This document shows, one piece after another, positions 40,301 to 52,300 of a stretch of 64,000 nt of DNA. Every line of letters begins with the position of its first letter. The stretch's first letter is position 1. Below the pieces are notes generated by a model, which saw nothing but the letters and a program-made list of their open reading frames with translations, ran no database searches and had not been told where the DNA came from. The stretch covers positions 20,088,001 through 20,152,000 of the forward strand of contig NC_073383.1 of assembly GCF_028641065.1 (NCBI RefSeq). The letters are read 5' to 3'. The position numbers and the translations under genes were made by a program. This stretch comes from Leucoraja erinacea. Its lineage: Eukaryota.

Positions 40301-43300
40301 CTGGAGAAACTCAGTGGGTGAGGCAGCATCTATGGAGCTAAGGAATAGCTATTCCTTTGCTCCATAGATGCTGCCTCACCCGCTGAATTTCTCCAGCATT
40401 TTTGTCTACCTTACTGGTTACTTGGTCAATTTTTATTATGTTGTCCATGTGCAATTTTTATTTTGCTTTTCCTGAATACATTTGAAGACACTTAAAAAAT
40501 AATCAAACTTTGTAAAATAGTCAAAGGTAGTGGAATTATTTTAATGCTGATCTTCAAATATGTATTTTACTGTCATATCAGTCTGAAAAATTAATTTCCT
40601 GAGGCATATTATTAGTTTTCAACAACCAAAACAATATGAGGTTTACAATTAGGAGAACAAAATAGCCTGTTCCCCCATTAAAGAAGAACAAAGTTTAACT
40701 TTTCTATTGACTTCAATTTCCTGCACCTTCCCATAACTCTTCATTTCAATGGACCCAATAAGCATTGACCTTGGTCTTGAATATATTCAGTTTTCAAGCA
40801 ATTACATTTGTCCTGTGAAAGAATAATATCACAAAATAATTTAGAAATATATAGATAGATCATATTATGTTAATCTGCCCACTTGCCTGAATCAGCCCTT
40901 AACAGGGTCTAATGTAGAGAGCCTACCTTAATGGTTCTCTACCTATTGAGTAGGAAGCATTCTATGGAACAGTAAGGATGCTCTAAGGAACTCTTGCCAA
41001 CTGACAAAATTGGGAGTGGTGCTTTACTGGCTATATTAGTTGTAATTGACCTTTTTCATTTAAAAAGTGTCTGATATTCAGAGACTGTTAAAATAAACCT
41101 ACTGGAATAGGTGATTATTTTAAAAAAAGGGATGAACAAAGTCATCAAGCAAACATAAAACTACCTTAAAACAATTAAAAACAAATTTAATGGTAATGCA
41201 TGCCTCTTTACTGCCTTAATTTTTTTCTCTACAATCCCTATTAAAAGTATTAGGATATCAGAATTTTCACAAAATTAGATCTTGTGCCTGATCTAAGAAC
41301 CGACTTCCCGACCATAAATGTGTTGAAAACCCATGGTAAAGTTAACTATTCATAAGTCCACATCAATAAGTCCACAGATGTTGACAATGCACCTCCATTT
41401 CAAAGACTAAAGGGCCTGTCCCACTTGGGCGTCATTTGTGCGCCATTTATGCTACATCATTTACGTGCCACGATGCATGGCGCGTGGCGTGCATGTTGCG
41501 TGGTGAGGTGTGGTGGCATAGGCGCGGTGATGCGCGGTAGCGCGCGGCGCCCCAGGATTTGGGGATTCTCAAAATCCTCGCCCGCCACCTGCGTGATGCG
41601 CAAATGACGCCCAAGTGGGACAGGCCCTTAATTGGAAACTGTCCCAGTTAGCAAAAGTTAGCATGCTTCAGCAAGCTGGTTGTTTAAGATATTCATAGTG
41701 CTACTCCTGTCTGTTACAGATCGTAAAGTTCCACCAAGCTTTACTAAAAAACCTATTGAAACAATACAGGAAACAGAAGGGAAATTTATAAAAATTGAAG
41801 CTCGTGTTTCTGGTTCACAACCATTGTCTATAACTTGGTTCAAAGATGAGCAAGAGATCTTGCAATCTGAAAATTATGAACTATCTTTTAAAAATAATAT
41901 AGTAATATTGAACATCAAGAATGCACAGCATTCTGATTCTGGTGTTTATACATGTGAAGCATCCAATGAAACAGGCACTGCAAAGTTTAATGTGACTGTA
42001 CTGATCCAAGGTTAGTAATGGCTACTTGTGATTACAAAGGTCGGGGAAGCTTATACCTGTAAATTTCATTGTTTGTTTGTAAAATAATTGCACTATTTTC
42101 AAAATCTTGATATTATTCAGTTATAAGAAGCATGCAATGAGTATTATTCTAATTTCCAGTTGCCTGCTGTCAGTTGTTTTTACCCATATCCATTTAGTTT
42201 TTGTCTTTCAACTAACAATAGAGAATCTATACAATCAGTCTTCATTATCAGTCTGACGAAGGGTCTCGACCCAAAACGTCACTCATTCCTTCTCTCCAGA
42301 GATGCTGCCAGTTTACCCCCAGCTTTTTGTGTCTATCTTCATTATTAGTGTATTTGCTCTCCATCTAATCATAATGTTGTCCCCTATCTTAATTATTTTT
42401 GGACAAATATCAGTGTGCATATATATATATTGAGGCACAATCAATGTATAAATATAGTGATAAAACCAGGCCACTTTGACCAAGTAGCTCCCTGCTATGC
42501 TCTGTTCTACTATGATGCAGTGTTCGCTCACACAGTTGCATCATGTGACTTCAAATTTTGCAAGTATAATCGCATTCAATTGAAGTAACTAATATCATTG
42601 GCTTATAGGTATTTAAACAAACTGATGCGAGTGAATGTTTTTAGAACATTATAGGGTAAATGTATGTTTATTTGGAGAGTTATATTAAAGAGAGTGCCTT
42701 AGTGATGTTCACATTTTTTGTTATACTTGGGAAGTCCCTGCAACCTATCACTTGTGAATAATGAAGACAGTGCAGAAGTTCAGTCAGAGATGCTGAGACA
42801 GGTAAATGCAGTGCATTGTGCACACTGACGGGCAGGAACTGTCTGAGATAATATTAAGCTTTGCAAGTGATTTGTCATGGGTGGAGGTTACAACCGGGCA
42901 AAGTGTGGACCTTGAATGCCATTTAATTGGCTCTCCTCCAATTAAAGTTACTTGGCTGAAAGATGACAAAGAGATTTTCTTATGAGCCTATGCTTTATGA
43001 ATTTCACAGGAGAATGTTTCTTTTGCAATCTCAAAATTATGCTAACAAATCATGGTCAGTTTTTATTTTGCATGTAGAATTCTTATTTTGGCTTTCCTGG
43101 TAACAGCTTAAAAAACAAATCTATGAAAAGTAATATAACAAAATAGAGGTAATATTTTAATATCATTAATTCTTTATTTTGTTAACGTATCAGTTTCTAT
43201 TTATTTCCTGATGTGTATGCTTAATTTTTAAGAACCAAGAATGAAAGCAAGATGAGGGCATACAGTCTGCTCCATCAGTTAATAAGAAAAAGGCTGAACT

Positions 43301-46300
43301 TATGTATCTCATCCAATTTCCTGTCCAATTTCTTAGTCCTCTTTGTTTTGAAAGTGCCCAGTGCAGGTTATCCCTACATTACGAGGGGAGGTGGGAGTTG
43401 TTGCCATATTGGTATTTTGGTATTTTCCAGTATGTGATGCTGCAAAACTTTGGGTGGTGATTAGTGAATTCAGTAAGGACAAATTTTCACAACATGGCAA
43501 GAGCTGCTTGTAATTTGTACGCCTTAGCCGTGAATGTATACAGTGAGTGGGCGAGTGATCACATTTCAGTCATAAAGTATAATATCACTGAAAAAATAAA
43601 AAATATCTAAGGATCCGATTATCTAATCTGGTTCCTACCTAATTTGCTGTTGCTTTAACCAGGGTCCAAAACAAAGATCCTATCCTAATGATATTCCACA
43701 CTGTGGAGTCCAGCAGCATTCGTATTCGATTGTTCAAAAAAAGAGGCCCTTTTCTGGAAACGTGCTATCAGCTGGCAACAGGTTTTACCAACTGAAGTGC
43801 TTGTCAATTATTTTATTAGTTTTTAATTGGCAGACATTTAAAGGTAGATTAAAAACTGTTAAATTGAAGTAAATAATGAATTATTTAAAAAAAACATTTT
43901 AATCGTAAAATAATTAAAAAATATAAATGTTACCTAAAACACATCAAAGCACTCAAAAGAACTAAAGGAAATACAAAATTAAAAATGACAATTTTAGCTA
44001 CAAACCTTTCGCTCTGCAATTCTCGTTAAAATGAACATTGTGTCAGATCTTGCAGCAAGTCTGAACCTTGCCCATGATCCAAGAAACAACTTCCCCAACA
44101 TAATGTCAAATTCTGCTTCTTGGGTTGAGCATTACAGTGAACGAACAAGAAGTTCATGTTAATACTCTGGAAACTGAAAAGTATAATTTCAATGATTGAC
44201 TACCAATTGTTCAAGCGAAAACATCAGTAAAAGTCAGTTTACCTTAGGCCGGTTAGTTCTATATGATATTCACAATGCTACTTCTTTCTGTTGCAGATTA
44301 TTTAATTCCACCAAACTTTACCAAAAAACCTCATCAAACAATACAGGAATCAGAAGGACAATCCATAAAAATTGAAGCCCGTGTTTCAGGTTCACAACCA
44401 TTATCTATAACCTGGTTCAAAGATGAGCAAGAAATTTTGCAAACTGAAAATTACATATTATTATTTAAAAATAATGTAGTACAATTGAACATTAAGAAAG
44501 CACAGCTTGCTGACTGTGGTGTCTATACATGTGAAGCATCCAATGAAGCAGGCACTGCAGAAGTTAATGTGTCTGTTCTGATTCAAGGTTAGTGAAAGGA
44601 TTAGTTATTGTAAGGGTTACAAATGCTTTTGTTTCTTCAGTCATATTTATTGGTATTTGTGTTTAAGTATTGTTAGAAATATATTCCTTTTAAGATACAA
44701 AACCCAAAAGGCAAAGTGATTAATCCATGGTTCACAAGAGAAATTGAAGACATTATCAAATAAAATGAAGAGCCTTATATACATGACAGAAATTTCAGTA
44801 AGCTTGAAAATTGTGAGCATTTTAGAACTTAGTAAAGCTAGGTTCAGTAAAGAAATTGATCAAGAAAGACAACATGGATTTGTGAGTAGACTGTAAAGAA
44901 ACATAAAAATGGATTCTAAAGACATTGAAGGTTAGGTTAAAAAAAATATGGCAAAATGTGGGCCTTTACAGACTGAGGGAGCAGAAATTTATATTGGGAA
45001 ATAAGGAAATGGAAGAGACACTTTGCACCTGTCTTCATAAAAGAAGATACACAACCTATAATAGAGTGTCCAGCAAAAATGCAGGACTGAAAGCACAGTA
45101 TTACAGTATTGGACAAGAAAAAGTACTAAAAGAGTCAGTGAACTTGAAAGATGATAAATACAAAGGAACGGATGATCTACATCTTTTTTGAGATTTGAAG
45201 GAAGTGGATTTAGAAGCAAGGATTCTGAAGAAGGGTCTCGACCCAAAACATCACCCATTCCTTCTCTCCAGAGATACTGCCTAGTCCTGCTGAGTTACTG
45301 CAGCAACCTTAGAAGCAGGGATAGTTCTGCTTATCATTTTTTACAGCTGAATTCTGGGCCTAGTGCTATGGATTGGAGAGTAGCAAATATGGCATAACTA
45401 TGTAAGAAAGGAGAGTGAGAGGAACAGGGTACTACTGTTAGCCTAACATCGGTGGTAGAAAAAGTACCGGAAACGACATTGAAAGATTTAATAACAGAAC
45501 ACCTTGAGAAGGATAATCAATAAGGATTTATGAAAGGAAAATTATATTTGACTAATTCACTGGACTTCTTTAAGGATGTGACCAGTAGAATAGATAAAGA
45601 CAAACGAGTGGATTAGATTTATGCTTTCATTAAGGCAGTTGGTCAATAAGATCAGAGCACATGGATTTTAGAGTAATATGATGACATGGATTGAGAATTA
45701 ATTATCGGACAGAAAGCAAGGGATGTGAATCAACAGTTCTTTCTCAGGTTGACAGGCTTCAATTAGGTAGTAGCACTATCCAGTAATAACACTACAACTG
45801 ATGCTTGGGCACCAGCTATTCACAATCTATATCAGCAATTTGGGTGAGGGGCCAAACACTGAATTCCAAAATTTGTTGATGATAGTAAACTAGGGGAGAT
45901 TGTGTTCATTGGACTATGTCATATGGGGAAGCTATGTACGAGCTGAAAGAGCGGGCATGAATGTTGCAAGTGGAATATAATGTGGAAAGGTGTGAGGTCA
46001 TCCATTGTGGCGAACGTAGCAGATAAGTAGAGTATTTGTTAAATTGAGAGAGATTGAGTGGTATTAATGATCAATGGGACCTGTGTGTGCTTGTACAAAG
46101 CCACTGAAGACCAACATGCAAGAGTAGCATGTGATGGGGTTAGCCTTCACAATGGGAGAATTGCATCACAGGAGTAAGGAACTCTTATTGCAATTGTATA
46201 GTTGGTGAAATCGCACCTGAAGAATTGGTTACAGTTTTGATCTCCTTACTCAACAAAGGTGTACTTGCCAAAGAGAGAATGAAAGAAAAATTCACTAAAC

Positions 46301-49300
46301 TGATTCCAAGAATTCCGCTTTCATCGAATGAAGAGAGATGGGATTATGTCCTGTAGAATTTAAAAGAATGAAAAGTGATGTTTCAAGAATTTTTTAAAAA
46401 TGATTTGAAATGAAGACTGTTTTCCCTGATTGAGGAGTCTAAACCACAATGTTTCGGCCTCAAATAAGACATTTCAGCTGAGATGAGGAAATATTATTCT
46501 AGTGTGGTGAACCTTTGAAATCCTCCAGCCCAGAGGACTGTGAAGTCTCAATTGTTATGTTCATTCAAAACATCGCTGAATGCTGGAGCAGGTGCAAGGG
46601 ACTGAATTGCCTATTCCTGCTCCTGTTAATTGTGTTTTCCATTATTCATTATACTGGTGTACAATGAATTTTTATATCCTTGCCTATTGTAAACACCTCT
46701 TGTCAACATTCCATTTAAATAGTATTTTTCAACCAGTGATTTACTACAGAATATAAGTAGAAATTATTTTTATTTCAGGATTGGGCATAACTAGGAAGGC
46801 CAATAATTATTGTCCATCCCTAATGGCCCTTGATAAGGTGGTGGTTATTCACCTTCTTGAACATGCCATAGATTTCCAGAAAAGGCAGCTGATAATGCCA
46901 TTGGGGATTCCATAAATTAAACTCAGTGATTATGACAGCAATATCTTTCAAGTCAAAGTATTGTGAGATTTGGACAGGTGCCATGCTCTTTCTTGAACTC
47001 TACTCGAGTTCATGGCTTTAGCAGATACTGTCTGATTTGCCTTGGCAAGTGATTGCAGTGTATTTTGTAGATGACACACACTGCAGTCACAGTGCCGTGA
47101 TGTTGTTTGGAATTTAGAAGGATGAGAGGGAATCTTATAGAAACATATTTCCTGCATCTAGCCTTAAAGGACTGGACAGGATAGATGTAGGAAAAATGTT
47201 CCTGATGTTATAAAAGGCAGTGGAGGCCAATTCACTGGATGTTTTCAAGAGAGAGTTAGATTTAGCTTTTAGGGCTAAAGGCATCAAGGGATATGGGGGA
47301 AAAGCAGGGACGGGATACCGATTTTAGATGATCAACCTTATATTGAATGGCGGCTCGAAGGGCCGAATGGCCTACTCCTGCACCTATTTTCTATGTTTCT
47401 ATGGAATTAATGTTTAAATTGGCTTATCGTGGTTGGCTGCATTGTACAAGTGGATGTCAAGCTTCTTACCTGTTGCTTTCATAGTACGCGACCGTCAGTG
47501 TGAAGATCTCAAAATCTTTGTACATGAATCACTGAGCATTAGGATGGTTGAATGGTCTTACTCCATGACTATTTTTATTTTACAGAGCATAAAACTCCAC
47601 CTTCTTTCTTAAGAGAAATGGAGAATATGGAAGTAACTCTTGATTTACCAGCCACATTTGAGTGTTGTATAGCTGGTTCAGCTCCAATTGAAACTTCTTG
47701 GTTTAAAGACGGTGTAAAATTGCTGCCTGGAACAAACTTAATTACATCTTTCATAGAGAATGAAGCAACTCTTAAAATTCTTAATACTGAGATGAATCAT
47801 GCTGGTGAATACACTTGCAAAGCTTCCAACATAGTTGGAGTTGCTTCATGTAGTTCGACACTAGCTCTCAAAGGTATGTAGGGTTAAATATTTATCAAGG
47901 CACCTATAATTAATGACCATTGATCTTAACTTTAATATTTGCTTTGATCTGTCATTGACAGACCTTATTGTAATTCACACTTTTGTAATAACTCTTACAA
48001 CTCTTTTCTATAATGTTTCCGGTGTATAGAGTTGCCCCTCTATGTTTGGTTAAATATATGCTTGTTCTGATTCTTTGCTTAATTAGCAGTTACCTTAATT
48101 TTCTGGTATTTACTCTTCAATATCTGCTTTCCACACTTATTGCTGTATGTTATTATTTTACTGTTTATACATTTACAATAGAATACAATTCTTGTTATTT
48201 TTTCAGAGTCTCGAGTTGCTCCTCTATTTGACAAAAAGCTAGAACCAGCGGAAGTTACAATTGGGAAAACTGTGGACCTTGAATGCCACTTAGTTGGCTC
48301 TTCCCCAATTAAAGTTACTTGGTCGAAAGATCGCAAAGAGATTCGATCGGGTGCCAATTACAACATAACTTATGTGGAAAATACAGCTCATTTGATAATT
48401 CTGAAAGCAGACAAGGGAGATGCTGGCCAATACATTTGTGAGGCCAGCAATGATCTTGGAAAGGATTCCTGCAAAACTCAAGTGACCGTGAAAGGTTATT
48501 GCTCAATAATAATTATACCTTACTGTCTAGTATATCTTATGAGAACAGGGTTTATTATTTATTAAAAAAATATTTCATTTTACATCTTTTTAATTTATTT
48601 TGGCCAGTTATTTAACCAGTTTTGTTATGTTTGTAAGTGGAATGCCAATGGGTTAAAAACGCTAATCTATGAGATATAACATTAAAAGTAAAGAGATTTT
48701 CTTTATATTAATTATTCTTTACTTTAAAAAGACACCTTCTTCAACCATTCTTTCTTGAGGTACAATTATAATGTTTAAGGATGAAAAAATAATGGCAGTA
48801 CTAAACCAAATAACATGCTCAACAAGAACAAGGCTGAAATTCTGATACCAATACTTTTCTCATGGAAGATTAATACCTCTGATGATATGAGATCAATAAT
48901 CTATGGATCATATTGTGCATGAGACACTGACAGTAGTCTTTCTGCGTCTTACTAACACTCATTGCAGAGGCTCCAATTTGTTCGTCTTCATTCTGGAGTC
49001 CTATAATATTTCATCAGGTGGCAGAGGAAAAATGCCCTGCCTCTAAAATTCCTGGCAGGTTACAAAGCTGGAGATGAAATACATTGATACTATTTTTAAA
49101 TGCAAGTAATTATAAAGATGACAAAATTATTTTTAACTTAATCAAAAATAAAGATGTTAACTAAACACACAAAAGTATTTAGAAATAATTATAAACATAA
49201 AAATAAAGCAGATACAAAATTAAAAAGTAACACATTTCCTCCTAAAATTTTTACCTAACAATCTGCATTAAGTCTATACAGTTCTGCAGTTGGCTTGATC

Positions 49301-52300
49301 TTTTGTTGAATCCAAGAAGCAATTTCCCCAACTTAAATGACAGTAAGATGGAACATTAGTTGAACTGCCATTTCATTGGCGGCAGATCCAATTGAAACTA
49401 CTGTACTGACAAAAGTTAGCATGATCCAGGCCCATTAGAATTGTCTGATATTTATAATGCTACTCTTTTCTCCAACAGATCGTAAAATTCCACCAAGCTT
49501 TACTAAAAAACCTCTTGAAACAATACAGGATTCAGAAGGAAAATCTATAAAAATTGAAGCTCGTGCTTCAGGTTCACAACCATTATCTGTAACCTGGTTC
49601 AAAGATGAGCAAGAGATCTTGGAAACTGGAAATTATGAATTATCCTTTAAAAATAATCTTGTCATTTTGAACATTAAGAAAGCACAGATTGTTGATTCTG
49701 GTATCTACATATGTGAAGTGGCGAATGATGCAGGCACAGCAAAGTTTAATGTGTCCGTACTAATCAAAGGTCAGTGATGGATATTCATCATTATATGGAA
49801 TGGGGAAGTTTACACTGGCAAATTCTGTTTTGTTGAATCGTTTTTTGTTTAGTCTTGATACCATTTATTATTCTAATGTCGAATGGACATTCTTAAATCT
49901 TTGCACGTTGTTAACTTTTCTTGTACAGATTTTTTGAAAGTCTGCCTTTTAATCAATAACGCTGTGGAAATTATATAGAAATTATATGTTGTTCATTTTT
50001 CAGAGTTTGTGTATTGGTAAGGCCAGCATTTATGGTGCATCCCCAATGTCACTTTTTAGGTTGTGGTGAGTAATGTTCTTGAGGAACTCTAGCTAGTCTC
50101 ATTCTGCCATTGACAGGGGCATCGTACTATGTCATCTACTTTTTGTTGTTGGCCACTTTTCATCATTTCCTGGATAGGTCATAGAAACATAGAAAATAGG
50201 TGCAGGAGGAGGTCATTCGGCCCTTCGAGCCAGCACCGCCATTTATTGTGATCGCAGCTGATCGTCCCCAATCAATAACCCGTGCCTGCCTTCTCCCCAT
50301 ATCCCTTGATTCCACTAGCCCCTAGGTCAGTAGTTGAAATTCTGTGTAGTGGATGAGTTCTAAAGGATAACATAAATGTATTGCCTGACAAAAATGCATA
50401 TATCCCTTGCATTATTGAAGGCCATTTATAATATTGAGCAAGTCTGCCGCTAAGCTGAAAAGAAAAATGGATTGTCTGGAAATGGCAAAATCTCAAGGGG
50501 AAGAGGGAATAAAAGTGATAATGAAATTTTAATGTATTAACTATTGACATTTATTTTGTTTTAGAACTGAAGAAACCACCTGTCTTTGATATTCCACTTA
50601 AACCAATGACAATAACAGAAGGAGAGTTATTGCAGCTAAAATGTCATGTTCATGGGTCGGAACCAATTAATGTCCAATGGTTCAAAGATAGGAAAGAAAT
50701 AAAACCATCTGAAAAACTGAACATGACTTTCATAGATGGCACAGCCACAGTTGAAATTAAAACAGTTGCCAAAACAGATAGTGGTGACTTCCTGTGTAAA
50801 GCCACAAATGAGGCTGGAACTGACAATTCCAAAGCCAAGCTAACAATCCAAGGTATGAATTAAATTGTTATTTGTTATGATGCGAGTGATGTATGGATGC
50901 CACAAATTTGTAAAATCATGGTTTGCTAAACATTCAACTTCTTGAACTTTTATGTATTAAGGCAAAATTGAAGTTGCCTTGAGATACAGTATCTTTATTG
51001 TATTGAAAGACAAAGGAAGATTCCTCGGTCATGTAGTTTTGATCTTGATGGATGAAACAACCAACAATCAATGATCATATTTATGAAATGAATTCAATTC
51101 ACAAATTGAATTCATAAACTAATTGTGCCACATGTCGTTCCTTGACTTGATGATTCTAAAGAGTAATCATATATAGTCTTTATGCCGACTGGTTAGCATG
51201 CAACAAAAAAGCTTTTCACTGTACCTCGGTACATGTGGCAATAAACTAAACTAAACCAGATGGTGTAACTGCATAGGCCAAGACCCCTTTGCTGTTTTGT
51301 GATACCTAATAAAAAAAGAACATTGCCTCGTGCTTATGAATTCATAAAGAACTATTATGACATTATTGCATTTTTTGACCTGATTTTTAATCACAATTTG
51401 TTTTTACTTGTTGTTAGATAGCCAATGTGGTTTATTACTGAGCTAATGCATTTTATATTCTGTGTCATAGAGAAGACAGATTTATATTTAATTGTAGCTC
51501 TGTTCATTACAAAGCTCAATATCATCGCTTCTATGTTTCAATACTTACTAAATGTTTTTCATATTGCAGCAGAAATCTTTTTTTAGTTGCAATACCGAAG
51601 AATTTTATGTTCTTTTTGTTTGCTAAGCATAAAACAAAACATAACTAATTCTTGTTATGAAATGTTGATGCATATAATTTTAAAGCATGAGATATATCAT
51701 ATAAGTAATTATTAACATGTTCACAGTAGTACAATTTCATGTTCAAGTGTAATTATTTTTTATATACCTTGATGAATTATTTGTATATCGATAACTGGTG
51801 GACACATATGTCCACTACACATATATATCAAAATAGATAAGAGCGCAATATTTTTGATTTGTAAAACATGGGGGTAGGTCTGCCCACCACCTTCTTACAA
51901 TTAATGTAATTACAATGTGTAGCTATTGTGTTGGTACAACCACAAAGACCCAATTGCCTTTCTGAATGGGAATTTATATGACTGCAAATGTAATTTTGCA
52001 TATAACCCAACATGTCCCAGCCATTGCCAAGTCGTAACAAATATATGGATGTGTGGCTGATTCCTTATTCTCATTAATTGAATCTTTCTCTATTGTTCCT
52101 GAATGGCTTTATCAATAATATCTATATTAATTAAATATTACAATTAGATCCACACCACGATAGAAAGATGGGGAAAGAAATACTTGAATTGTAACTATGT
52201 AGAGAAAATGCGTGAGTTTTATGCCAAACGATGTACTGATGTGAATTTGTAAAATTGCAATCTGTTGGGGATTCAAGAGTGGTACAATGATTATTTTAAA

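Noticed and set aside
46780-47100. Repeat-like segment also seen near 50015-50090
   Set aside because: Looks like an old dispersed repeat but I cannot assign a family
13454-49769. Duplicated exon blocks as an assembly artefact
   Set aside because: Copies differ by many substitutions and have different intron lengths and TE insertions
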